Part shown: positions 14,737 to 27,120 of the stretch, one piece after another
Position numbering within the stretch: position 1 is the stretch's first letter
Layout of the letters: each line of letters starts with the position of its first letter
Source of the DNA: Octopus bimaculoides
Lineage: Eukaryota
Direction: 5' to 3'
Length of the DNA: 64,000 nucleotides
NCBI RefSeq assembly: GCF_001194135.2
Contig: NC_068987.1
Span: forward strand, 101,229,149 to 101,293,148
Notes under the pieces: generated by a model
Database searches by the model: none
Told to the model about the DNA's origin: nothing
Seen by the model: only the letters and a program-made list of their open reading frames with translations
Program-made: the position numbers and the translations under genes

Positions 14737-15084
14737 ATTTTGGGGCCTTTGCTTTTTTTTCTCATAAAATATTTTGCGTTAATGATATATAAATATATAT
14801 ATTTTTTTACAGTTATCTACAGATATCAGTATATATTTTTACACATTGTTTTAATGATGCTTCTGTCCATTCTTCATATTCTTTTTGCGTGAAGGGAAAG
14901 ATATTCAGTCTTCATTTGTTGGAAGAATGACTAAGATGCATGGTGTAATACCGAAAATAGAAGCTAGGACTTTAGAATGAAAGAAATGTGTTAAAAACGA
15001 ACGGTTGCCACACAATGAACGGTTGCCACACAATGACGTGGCGCATTGAAAGCAACGTCAAGGTTTAGTCTAATGTTTTTGCAA

Positions 15085-15590
15085 ACTCATACGGTCTCAT
15101 AGGAGAAATTGAAGGACTACATTGGACGTTCACCAGCAAAGTAACGGCGGTCAAATGCCTTAATTACTGGGAAGGTCAGAAATCTCTGCGTCTCTATTCT
15201 CTTGAACGCCGAAGAAAGGTGCAATATCGTTCACGTATTTAAAATCCCGGAGAAGCAGCCTTCGGTATTAAATAGAATTTTAGTACACGAAAAGGTAGAT
15301 ACAGTCAGCTTCCAAATATACCACGTCCGAAATAACGGAAAAAACACAAACATAAAAATTGTATTGTACCAGTTTGATATTTAGAAGTCCTCAATTGTTC
15401 AACTGCCATCGTAAATAAATCAGAAATATAAAAATGACCACGACTGAAACATTCAAAATCACTGGATAAACTCCTAACAACGAGACTAGACCAGGCAACC
15501 ATTCAAGGATACGCTTAATGAAGATCAGCTGCTACACACTCAATCACAAACCAACCTCCGGTTATAAAGCGACAATAAAATTGAAAGAAA
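15085..15590 (+). mobile_element. Decayed 3' end of a CR1/L2/Jockey-group LINE ORF2
   Basis: Translation IGEIEGLHWTFTSKVTAVKCLNYWEGQKSLRLYSLERRRK resembles the I..LE.IQR.FT..I.....L.YWERLK.L.LYSLERRR motif C-terminal to the RT; stops and frameshifts follow. Confidence 0.8.
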
Positions 15591-17272
15591 ATAAATTAAG
15601 TCCCGTGACTGAAATCATTAGAATAACAAAAGAATAAAAGAACTGCAAATCTTTTCCGTACCGGGCTAGTATAATTAATTTTTAGAAGTAGCAATGAATT
15701 ACAATAATTTCACACTAATATTGAGTTTGGTGATTTTGTGAGCACATAACTTTGTCTTTGTCTATGGAGTATCTTGGAACTAAGACTAGGGTCAACGGTG
15801 ACACCTTAGTACTCCGAATATTCACAATACTGAAGAGGTGTTCTAAATCAGATTACTTCGAGTTGGCGCTTTGCTTCACAGTTTTTATGTAAAATATTCA
15901 TTTATGCCATACATTGAGAATGTGGTAGTTTTCTTCATAATATGACTGAAGTACATCGAAGAATGCTGTTAGTGTTTCCTCCAATATTCAGATATGTGTA
16001 TGTTGTAAAGTAGCATACGAACAATCTGCATACTCAAATTGTAAGAGCTATCACTTCCTGGTTTGCCGTTTGGAAGGTTGCATACTTGGATTGTTGCCTG
16101 GATGGGACGTTGATTGCTTAGAATTAACTAGTTTGTCTATTCTTCGTACTGTTCTGTTCAAGGATTCGGCGCTCAAAAATCTGAGGACGTGGACGTGAAG
16201 AGAGATCTGCCTTTAACTTGATAAGTTTAATTGGCTGAGATGTGTTATCATGTGAGCTTTTCCCGGATTTTAGGTAGCTTATATTTCGTCAAGCAATGAT
16301 TATACAGCTATAGAAGTCACATTTTCCCTCAGGTCTCAAATAAATGATCTGCTCTGTTGTAAAGTCATTCAATCCTATTTCTTATTCCAGTCTTGAAATT
16401 GCTGTTCGCAACTTTTCCATTAAGTGCTGCTTTTGTGTAACAAATTATTTATTGTACTTGCTAGGGCTTTATTTACTTTCCTACCTTTTCCCATTTTTAC
16501 AATACACAAGAAGTTGTTTGTAACATGATTTATAGTGACTTCTGGTTGTTGAGGTAGAAGTTTAAGACCAACACAGACGGCATTTTTGTTGTTTTTTGAT
16601 AAATCTGTAAACTCAAAAAATATATCCGCAATTTTCGCACTTGGAAAATACAACTAAAGGACTGGCAGATATTGTATCCTCTCTGTCAGATTTAAATCAG
16701 TCATAACTTTAGATTACAAACGCAGATAAGATTTTCCCTTGCTTCAGCTTTGCATTGAATTTGAATTCGTCGGTTGCAACACTGTTTTTCATAAGGTTAC
16801 TTGGATACTCCCAATATCTAAACATAGGCATATTTATCTACTACATTATCACCAGGAAATGCGCATTTGGAATTTGGAATATGCGCACTATTTGAATCAT
16901 GTAGGACACAGAACTCATTGGTAAATTAATATCTAAAGCAATGAAAGTCCATAAATATATTGTTTTGAAATTAAAGAAATCTGATCTATTGACGAAGTAG
17001 AATCTGACAGAACTTAGGATCAATTTAATATCGAGGTCTTCCATTTCAGAGTTGAGGTTTTGATCTAATAATTCATTGGGACTGGTTTAATGAAAATGAT
17101 CTACAGCTCACTAAACTTCCTTAGGTTCAAAACATGTTGCACTGAAAATATCTCAGTGCACCAGAAAAGGGTCAAGCGTTTTAATTTAGTCTCTAAGTGG
17201 GATATTTGAAAAAAAAAAGATATTTGAAAAAAAAAAGAAAACATTCAGTAAAAAATCGATAACACTACATCG

Positions 17273-17406
17273 CTTAATAAGTCCTCAGTCTTCAGTCTTA
17301 ATAAGTCCTCAGTCTTAATAAGTCCTCAGTCTTCAGTCTTAATAAGTCCTCAGTCCTCAGTCTTAATAAGTCCTCAGTCTTAGCAAGTCTTCAGTCCTCA
17401 GTCTTC
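17273..17406. repeat. Modular minisatellite of a 10-bp unit (CTTAATAAGT) and a 7-bp unit (CYTCAGT)
   Basis: Directly visible alternation of the two modules. Confidence 0.9.
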
Positions 17407-18581
17407 ATTTGTGATACCACTCAAGTCTAAGGACGCTTCCCTTCTCTCCAAGGATCATGAGGGTACCATGAATCGTTGGATTAGGCATTGCACATTCTTT
17501 TTACAATTCCTCAGCTATCGATGGAAATGTCATCAATAATCTACCTCGAAATATTATTATCCTTGAAATGATGGACCATTCCAATATCAGTGAGATCAGT
17601 TATCCTATAACTGTTTCTTTCGCTTTCCGGGAATGCAACACAGCATCTTCGTTTGCTTCAGAACTATACATAATCTATTTGATCTAACACGCTTCAACTC
17701 AAAATTAAACTTGTAACCAATCGACGATTCAATGCAAAAGTCCATCCCTTTTTTTCGTGATCTCTTATATATTATCGATGTGGACTGCATTGAGATGAAG
17801 ATTTGAAGGTAACAGAAAGTCAATCGGTTTGGAAGGAAGTAATCTACAATAGTTGTAAACCATTTCAAAGACAGAAGATCGAATGCTCCACTATGGAATG
17901 CGCAGTTCGTGAACAGGACTTGACCTCAATTCCAGGCACTTTTTGCGAGAAAACTTTTGTAATATCTGCTGTATGGTCTGTTTGTCCAAATAAAGACTTG
18001 CTGGTCATATGGAATCACATGACGGCATAAGCTAATTAAAGAGATGGACTTCTTGTGTGAAGAAGTGGTAATCACTGTTCGTAGGTACATACGCAAACCA
18101 CACGCACATACATATATATATATGGCTTGCACTCCTAGTCAGCGGGGTGGCGTCATTTGCATACTATAACAATGTGAGGAAGTACATTGTAACCAGCGGT
18201 GTATAACAAAATAGGATAGCCTGGCTGATACAGTGATATATATATATAAATTAAAATTCAGAAAATTGAGATGTAGCATTAATATAATTTATTAACTGCA
18301 AGCATTCAACATATTCTCTTACAGCTGTTTCGATTTTGCCCAAAGAATTAAATTTCAGTAATCAAAAACATTATATTGGGAAATCTCTCATCAGAGGAGT
18401 AGAAAAGACATACTGATAGGTTATTAGATGTTATGCTACCAAAACGTCTCAACATACATACATACATACATACATACATACATACATACATACATACATA
18501 CATACATACACACATATACATAGGTTTGGTGATGCAAACAGGAAAAAAATAGACCTCAAAATATAAGTTTATGTATATTTT

Positions 18582-18720
18582 TTATTAATATCTAGCAGAA
18601 GCAACAGAGTGACTCAAGGGCCGAGATTTTCGTGCGTTGGCACTTACTAGTTTGATATGTGCCAACGCACGAAACTCTTTACACTTGAGTCATTCTGTTG
18701 CTCCTGCTAAATATTAATAA
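18582..18720. repeat. 139-bp imperfect palindrome (possible MITE or hairpin)
   Basis: Outer arm TTATTAATATCTAGCAGAAGCAACAGAGTGACTCAAG pairs with CTTGAGTCATTCTGTTGCTCCTGCTAAATATTAATAA; inner arm TTTCGTGCGTTGGCAC pairs perfectly with GTGCCAACGCACGAAA. Confidence 0.85.
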
Positions 18721-18723
18721 TTA

Positions 18724-18760
<37 letters not shown>

Positions 18761-19491
18761 GTGCGTGCGTGCGCCCGCGTGTGTGTAGATATAAATATAT
18801 ACACACAGGCGGGCGCATGTGAGCGAGCAGTCTGCCTAAAAGTGAGCAAATTTCAACAAAATTATTGTTTTACTTCGAATTTTGATATACAGATTTCTTA
18901 GATTTCACGGTAACACATTTTGAAGGCTGGCACGTAAGTTTCCTTTGAATTCTCTTTGATTGATTCTATCGTTTGTATTCGGCAAACGTTCAGATAAAGC
19001 TTCAGCTTTGAGACAGAAATATGACTGCAGAAGCAAAATCCGATGAATAGATAGACTGGAGGATGAGATTTATCTGAAGCTTTGTCAGATATCAATGATA
19101 ATATCAAATGCGTGGACGGGAGAGTTGCCATGGTACTGTATCCAGGCCTTTATATCATTGCCACAGGTTTCTTTCTTAAGACTGCCCCGATCAAACGCCA
19201 GAGGAAGTGTTTCCCCTTTCTTTCTTAATCAGTCAACAAATGGCAAAACTTTTGCTACTACGCGACGCATTTGCAACTATTATCAAATGAGTTATACAGA
19301 AGCCTATTTGATCTCTTAACTTGTTCTAAATAACACCGAGGTATATTTAAAATAACACCCTACTGCTATATAAAAAAATAACTCGTTGAAGCCAGAAAAC
19401 CCCTTGTTGTTCAAGAAAAATGTAAATGCGTGGTGATCCTATCTTTTGTGTTGATGATATATCTTATGACAGAAATATTTGTTTCACATTT

Positions 19492-19690
19492 TGGCTCAAA
19501 GACAGCAGTTTCAGAGAAGCGGATGAATCGATTACATCGAACCCAGTTCTCAACTGGTACTTATTTTATAAACCCTGAAAGAATTAATGTCAAAGTCGAC
19601 CTCGTCGGAATTTTAACACACAACGCAAAGACGGATGAAATGACGCTAAGCATTTTTCCTGGTGTGCTAAGGATTCTGCCAGCTCGCCGG
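19492..19690 (-). mobile_element. Octopus-type SINE
   Basis: AACTGGTACTT...AAAGTCGACCTCG...GCTAAGGATTCTGCCAGCTCGCC. Confidence 0.9.
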
Positions 19691-19788
19691 TTTATGGGAT
19701 GATAGAAATATTAAGAATACCATCTCTGGTAATGATATTGAAAACATCCCCAGAGCCCATATAGTTAAGTGCAGCCTAATATACTTAC

Positions 19789-19859
19789 CGTAGAGGAACC
19801 AAAAGAGTTTTAACCCGTCGAAACGAAAGTAATTATCTTTAACATTGATGGAACTTCTA
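19789..19859 (-). CDS. Candidate internal exon (phase 2 to 1), RSSINVKDNYFRFDGLKLFWFLY
   Basis: AG acceptor at 19860-19861, consensus donor G|GTAAGT at 19788, one open frame that joins in frame to the candidate exon at 19938-19981. Confidence 0.3.
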
Positions 19860-19937
19860 CTAATTACAGATATGCGATTTCAATTCATTAAAATTAATCT
19901 TGATTCACCTACATTGAACATGTTGAACTGGACTTAC

Positions 19938-19981
19938 CGTCCGTACGTCTTTGGGCTCTCAGCGTACAAATATTCGTTGTG
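19938..19981 (-). CDS. Candidate internal exon (phase 0 to 2), HNEYLYAESPKTYGR
   Basis: Consensus donor CG|GTAAGT at 19937 and a 78-nt intron to the next candidate exon; the acceptor (GTTTAG) has a weak pyrimidine tract. Confidence 0.25.
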
Positions 19982-20201
19982 CTAAACGTATCTAAATTTG
20001 GGCGGAGCCCATCATTCTTCAGGTTTGATCACAACTAATCTTTGTTCTTTTCTCAAAGAGTAAGAAGTAACGACCCTAGTAAAAGATTGGTACTTTATCG
20101 ACAACGAAATGAGAAATATAAAAAAAAAAATGGAATTTGACTTCAGCGGCATTTGAACTGAGATCGTACAGACTGAATGAGATTCTAGATGTATCTATTC
20201 T

Positions 20202-20408
20202 TTTCTACTCTAGGTACAAGGCCTGAAAGTTTGGGGGAGGCGGGGGCCACTCGATTAGATCGACCACATTACACAACTGGTACTTAATTTATCGACCCCG
20301 AAAGGATGAAAAGCAAAGTCGACGGAATTTGAACTCGGAACGTAAAGACAGACGAAATACCGTTAAGCATTTCGCCCGGCGTGCTAACGACTCTGCCAGC
20401 TCGCCACC
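20202..20408 (-). mobile_element. Full-length octopus-type SINE with 19-bp target-site duplication
   Basis: Complete head-to-tail copy flanked by TTCTAGATGTATCTATTCT at 20183-20201 and 20409-20427. Confidence 0.93.
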
Positions 20409-20647
20409 TTCTAGATGTATCTATTCTGAATGAGATTCTACATGTATCCATTCTACTCTTCTTAATGGCTTCAAATGTTCTTTTTTTTCTTTGGTTTTTG
20501 GCGTTTCTTTTGTTTCGTAGTTTTTACCATATATATGTTATTGTTTAGGTCGTTGTTCCTGCCGCTACTTTTGCTGTTGTTGTACCACAAAGAATGCCTA
20601 TGATTTTAAGTTTACATGAGCAACAATAACGATAGTAACAACAAAAA

Positions 20648-20686
<39 letters not shown>

Positions 20687-21257
20687 CAACTATAACGAAA
20701 TTGGGTGGGAAATTTAGTCAGATAATTCGTCGCTGCAAACAGTGGCAGCATTGTAAAATTGACGAGTGTTTCTTCTGTTGCACTGAGTTCAAAGCCACCT
20801 GTCAGCTTGGGTCTTGAGGGTAACGTTACTAATCACACTATTGATGTATCTCTATTTCACACTACGGACTCCACACCATCCTACGCCCATTAAACCGCAT
20901 CACCGCCAAACCAAGACCACTCTCTAGTACTTACAGGAATTAACGACCTATAGTAGAAGGTCATTAATTCTCAAAGCTAAATATCTCTTTGATGTTTTAT
21001 TCATTGATTGTCGTCATACAGCTCACAGGCAACAATGTTTAGCTGTGTTATTTAGGAATAGGCTTCGGATATATGTGATGTAATAAATACACAATGTGTA
21101 TGTAATATAAGCCATCAATTTCAGTCCTTCCCAGATGACGCCTCAACATATTACACATAGTTTTCTTCATCTCTAAATGGTCTTTGGTGTTTGACTATTC
21201 ATCGAAAAGATATTTTGATCCCTTGTTAGGTATGAACACACTGGCACTCACACAAGC

Positions 21258-21460
21258 ACTCACACACAGGTATACGCATAAACACACTCACACATATAAA
21301 GGCTAGCACACACAGACACCTACAAGTACTCACACACAGGTATACGCATAAACACACTCACACATATAAAGGCTAGCACACACAGACACCTACAAGTACT
21401 CACACACAGGTATACGCATAAACACACTTACACATATGAAGGCTAACACACACAGACACA
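21258..21460. repeat. 70-bp tandem repeat, about 2.8 copies
   Basis: CACACACAGGTATACGCATAAACACACTCACACATATAAAGGCTAGCACACACAGACACCTACAAGTACT starts at 21261, 21331 and 21401. Confidence 0.95.
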
Positions 21461-21825
21461 CACGCACACACACACACGCACGTAAACACACACACGCAAA
21501 CACACACACGCACATACACACACGCACGCAAAAACACACACACACACATGTATATAACTTGTAAGTAAAATTTTTTTCCGTCTTTCTTTATGCCTTTGTC
21601 TCTCACTCTCTCTACCCTCATATTTCTCTCTCCTTTTCTTATATGTGGGTGTATGAATATATACATACATATATACATGCATAGAGATGTGTGTTTATGT
21701 ACATATATATCCATATATGTATGCAATTATATATATACATATATATATATAATTCACATATATATACACATATATACATACCGTTTTGATATATATGTAT
21801 ATATTTATATACATAAATATACCTA

Positions 21826-21880
<55 letters not shown>

Positions 21881-21883
21881 TTC

Positions 21884-22019
<136 letters not shown>

Positions 22020-23059
22020 CACACGCACGCACACTCACACACACACACATATATGTATGNNNNNNNNNNNNNNNNNNNNNNNNNNNNNNNNNNNNNNNNN
22101 NNNNNNNNNNNNNNNNNNNNNNNNNNNNNNNNNNNNNNNNNNNNNNNNNNNNNNNNNNNNNNNNNNNNNNNNNNNNNNNNNNNNNNNNNNNNNNNNNNNN
22201 NNNNNNNNNNNNNNNNNNNNNNNNNNNNNNNNNNNNNNNNNNNNNNNNNNNNNNNNNNNNNNNNNNNNNNNNNNNNNNNNNNNNNNNNNNNNNNNNNNNN
22301 NNNNNNNNNNNNNNNNNNNNNNNNNNNNNNNNNNNNNNNNNNNNNNNNNNNNNNNNNNNNNNNNNNNNNNNNNNNNNNNNNNNNNNNNNGGGGGGGGGGG
22401 AGCGTCAGACAAAAAGAGAGACAGTGTTAAATACTTCGGTATTAAATTCTTCAGTGCAAAAGTAATAATACTTGTGTTATTGCGCAAATGAAACAAAACT
22501 AGGGCCAAATTTTCAGACAGGGTAAATACAAAATTCATCTAATCCTTTCAATATGTATCGAATTGGTTTGTTATATTCCTATCGCAATAAAATTAGTCAT
22601 GCATGATATAATGTGTGTATGCTTCGTTGTGTGTATGCACGTATGTGCACGCACATTTGTGTTTGAGTGTGAGGGTGTGAGTGAGGGAGAGAGAGCATAA
22701 TTGCGTGTAAATGCAATTATATGTTGTATGCATGCATCACTGAGACACAGAAGGTATCATGTTTTCTCGTACTGTTTTTGTTGCCGCTTATCCCAGATCC
22801 TAAGTGAGCAAACTATAAGCCAATTTCATTGTAGCTGCAATAATGCAGTTTCTTTCGATGTGAAAACTAACACAAGGTCACGCTATTGTTGTTTTTTGTT
22901 TTCTTTTTTAACTTGTTTTAATGTAGTATGCTGCAATGAGGGAGAGATTTGCTCGGTATTTGAAACAGATAGAGCAAACCGCGTGAAGGTGAGCGTGTTA
23001 TATATTACTATACAACAGTGAATTTGAAACATAGCATGACTGATATTCGGAGACCCTCT

Positions 23060-23386
23060 TCGGTCACGAATGACCATGGGATTGAACCTAGAAAGTTACC
23101 ATCCGAGGCACAAGTCCAGGCAAGGTTGTTTAAGGAAAACCAGCAGTTGCCCATGCATACCAGCCTCCCTTCTCCACGCCACCGATGTTAGCAAAGGGAA
23201 TGCAAAGGGGCCGATACAGCTTGGCATCAGTGACGTCATAACTCATTTCTACAGCTGAGTGATCTGGAGCAACGTGAAATAAAGTGTCTTGCTCAAGAAC
23301 ACAACACACAGCCCGGTCCAGAAATCAAACTCACAACCTCACGATCGAAAGCTCGACGCTCTAACCACTGAGCCATGCGCCTTCAC
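23060..23386 (-). mobile_element. tRNA-derived SINE of a second family (clear A/B boxes plus TTGAGCAAGACACTT core)
   Basis: Reverse complement begins GTGAAGGCGCATGGCTCAGTGGTTAGAGCGTCGAGC...GTGAGTTTGATTTCTGGACC then GTGTTCTTGAGCAAGACACTTTATTTCACGTTGCTCCAG. Confidence 0.85.
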
Positions 23387-23484
23387 TGACTGACATTATG
23401 AAACAGAATACTAAAGGAAAATCTTCCTACCATTTGAACTCAGACATATTGATACTCGTCTTTCTATATTTACGTACGAATGCA

Positions 23485-24255
23485 TAGATGCTCTGATCAA
23501 TAAGTATCCGGACTGTTGTGATAGCAACTAAACGAAAGCATGCAGAGTGAAGCCACTTGGCACAGGTTCACCTTTATCAATCCTGTATATGTTCCCTAAG
23601 TTTTAACGTTCTAGCTCACTTCAACTACTTACAGCAGTGCTTGGAACAAACGTGAGTAGCGAATGATTGTCACATCAGACATGACAATGTTGATCAAAGA
23701 ATCTGTTTCAAATGTTGCCAAAAGCTTGCCTATACCTGCTCAGAAGCCTACCCAAATCTTCAGTGCTAATGGACTGAACTGAACCGTAACAAATCTTCAC
23801 ATCCTCAGATAACTCATGGATTGTGATTCGACGATTTCCCCGCACAGCCGCACATACATCTGCGATGATTTTCTCAGTTCTGCTGGTCACGGGTCTCCCA
23901 AATGGTAGGAAGATTTTCCTTATCGACATTTTTCGGCCATGTTGGAAACATGTGAACCCCTCATACACGTGTGTGCAGCTCATACGCTCCTCTCCATACA
24001 CTTTCTGCAATCTTGTGTAGGCCTCTGAGCAGATATCGCCATGACAACTTTCTCTGTCATGGTCAATGCGACGATCACACGCTAACACCTTCATTCCAAG
24101 CACTGCTGTAAACAGGGGATGTGAGCTACAACGTTATAATTTAATGTGCATCCATAACAGCGTTCAAGGTCAATCTGTGCCAAGCGGCGTTACTTTGCGT
24201 GCTTTAGCTTCGTTACTATAGCAAAAGACCGGGTACTTATTGATCACACCTCGTA
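23485..24255 (-). mobile_element. Non-autonomous mariner derivative with long (about 230-265 bp) inverted arms
   Basis: Termini ..TCTGATCAATAAGTATCCGGAC / CCGGGTACTTATTGATCACACCTCG-TA; internal HTH remnant LQKVYGEERMSCTHVYEGF...GRPVTSRT...RRITIHELSEDVKICYGSVQSISTEDLG; no DD34D domain; homologous to 55015-55918. Confidence 0.9.
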
Positions 24256-25376
24256 TATGTATATGTATGTAGTGTGCGTGTATATAAATACACGCACACA
24301 CACATATACATACTATCTTAATTTTATGGGGTTAGACACCCATCACGCCTGATCTTACCAATCGGTTTCACATAAAGAATACCATGGAGTGTTAGGTAAC
24401 AATCCGATTATATAACTTTACACTCATTAGAGACAGCCGATAATAGAAGCGAATATGGCGGCTGCTCTCTATTGTCAGAGGTGGATTAGAACAACCGGTC
24501 AGTGGCTGCTGTAAAGGAAGTGATGGAACGAAAAAGGGTCCAGAGGATTGGATTAGGAGTTGTGCCCTTTTGTTGTGAAGCTGGCAAGAGTTACCTGGAA
24601 ATAAGAAAAGTGTGAATTATTAATGTAATGTCCCTACGGGGGTAGGGTATGTGATATGTGTTTGTGGTATGTGCAGAGGTGGCATATGTATAATTTTTTC
24701 CAGGGGTTTAATTATATATAGCTGTGTTCGTTGGTCTGTTTCCTTTCTGTAAAGGATAAAGTCGTGGAGGTATTTTTCTCTTATGTTAGCGTGCAGCGTG
24801 TAATGTGTGATGTGTGTGTATGGAGTTTGTGCATATGTGTGGGTACAATTTGCGTGATGGGGTATGTATTGGAGGTGTTGGGGGATAATTATCTGCGGGG
24901 TATCTGCCTTAGAGGGGCGTGCGTGGAGATTGAAAATATTATGGGTAATATTTATTCACAATTACATGTGTTTCGTGCGTTAATAGGAGTTACCCAATTG
25001 TATATCTTATGTGTAATATCTTTAATATTTGTAATATTATTTGATTATCTCTCTGAAGAATTTCTAATGATAAAGATCTCGCATGTTTTCTATACTATAT
25101 GTACAGTTTTGGAATTCCTATCAACAAATGAAATATACGTCATGGTAAATAAATAATGGAAAACATTTTACCCAATTTTCTGTTTTGAAATTTATTACTC
25201 TGATAAAATATTCTCCAGTATCTTTAACGATTATGCATATCTCACACAAATATAGCATCTCTATACGGATTTAGAATACTGAAATATTCAGATGTGCTTA
25301 AACAGCTCACAGCTTGAGCCGTTACTCTATCTACATAATGTGTGTGTGTGTGTGTATAAATGTCTGTATGTGTGTA

Positions 25377-25514
<138 letters not shown>

Positions 25515-26619
25515 ACATACATACATACCCATATAAACATACATACACGATGCCCTGTTTGCAGGTAAGTTAGCTGAGTACGCATTACTAAACGTTTCCC
25601 TCTTTCTCTCTTTCTTTTTGACTCTCTCTCTCTCTTTCTCTCTTTCTTTCTTTCACTGCACTTAAGTTGTGAATACTTTCTATTTCTATTCGCTCCAGAT
25701 CCAAAGAGCAGCAGTATTCATTGATTGAATTTTTTTTATTCCCCATTTTTCATCATTCTTATTTTTAATTCCTTACAACTATCATAGAGATATTAAAAGT
25801 GCGAATAAATTATCCTTAAATATAGTTACATTGCCTTTCAAACCATCTGGTCTGTCTTTGCACGAGTTTAGTACCTTAGAAAATAAAACGAAAGAAAAAA
25901 GAAGCAAAATTTCTTCTGAGAACTCAACCATATATAGACAGCTTCCTTCATTTCTTGACAATTAAAAAGCAGACGATTCACTCCATTGCTCTTCAGAGTT
26001 TATTGCCTCGTGTATTCAATTCGATAGCATCGAACTTAATATGCGCTGGTTTGAGGCATCAGTTAGATCAATTCTCCTTATGTGAGAATTGCTTGTTGGA
26101 ATGATGCGTCGTTCCCGAGAGGATGCAGTCAGTACTAACTGGTATATGTCAGTATTAACTGTTGCAAGTTAGTTGTTTACTGCCATTATATTTAAAAAGA
26201 GGACTGCCATCATTGGCATCACACCGAAGACTACTCTATTTGGATAACTTGAGGGATTTCAACTAAGTTGTCTATGCTCCTGAGATTTGTGATCGTTTGT
26301 CTATGTTTGAGATCTAATGAATACTAACAATCAGAAGCTGCAAGATTGTAATCGCCCGAATCATTAGAGCGAGCAGAGTATATCGATCGTCTCCGTTTCA
26401 ATAGTATAAATCATCAAAATGTTAGACTAAAATAACTTTGATCGGATCGTGCTTCAGTGGAATATGATTAACACAAAATATAAGTTTCATGGAGTTCGAA
26501 ACGAGGCTACTCCTATACAGTCATTCTTATTGTGTGTGCGCTCGTGTAATGCATGTGTATTGTGTGTGTGAGTGGGGTGCTTGACATCAGCATAAAATCC
26601 CCGTGTCTTGTGCGTTGAG

Positions 26620-27120
26620 ACACCGCATTAGGCTTTCTGGCAATCACAATCGTCAGCCCTTTATGTTCTCCCCCACGTTGGGGGTGTTGTGCTCGGCCTA
26701 TACTTTGAAGTTGTCAAACAAGGATTTTCTAATCATGGGAGTTATTTTTTTTTTCTTTTGGCTGTGATGCAGTGAATAGTTTTGGACAGTGAGTTGTGGT
26801 TAAATACATGATTGTACAAGATCTATTAGCATACAAAACTTGCTCGAAAGCCAGGTTTCTTCGTTGTTTGTCGGCTGTAAGTATCCAATTTTAGCATCCA
26901 TAAGGAATCATCGAACCAGTGATTTATGCAAGTTGAATTTCTGCAACTGATTTTGCACACTAAGTTCAGCTTCACCATAGCAAAGAAGGCCAAGTCTAGT
27001 TTCGATCTTTTGCATGTTTACAGTGCTTTCATCGTTGTTCAACTTTTAAGTTGCCCTGTCATTCAAGTGTGTGTTCATTCTGCCTGGTAATAGTTTCTTT
27101 GTTGTAACTTTCGTTATTAA
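26620..27120 (-). mobile_element. Decayed RTE-clade LINE fragment (C-terminal to RT)
   Basis: Minus-strand pieces KIETRLGL...KFNLHKSLV and PYGC*NWILTADKQRRNLAFE resemble the RTE motif LLYGCETWTL...RRI.AFE. Confidence 0.7.

Noticed and set aside
10653-14892. YI/CV/HT/SL-repeat ORFs
   Set aside because: Translations of (AT)n, (GT)n and (CT)n microsatellites.
16080-17170. Possible decayed LINE or pseudogene
   Set aside because: Complex sequence, but I could not find any diagnostic motif in six frames.
9705-21460. Tandem repeats at 9705, 17273 and 21258 as CRISPR-like arrays
   Set aside because: Units are contiguous with no unique spacers, there are no cas genes, and the context is eukaryotic.
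23270-23386. Functional tRNA gene
   Set aside because: A and B boxes are present but the acceptor stem does not close and the sequence runs into a SINE core.
24359-24595. Minus-strand exon with strong acceptor and donor
   Set aside because: Stops in all three frames; the surrounding CA-rich sequence looks like a decayed repeat.
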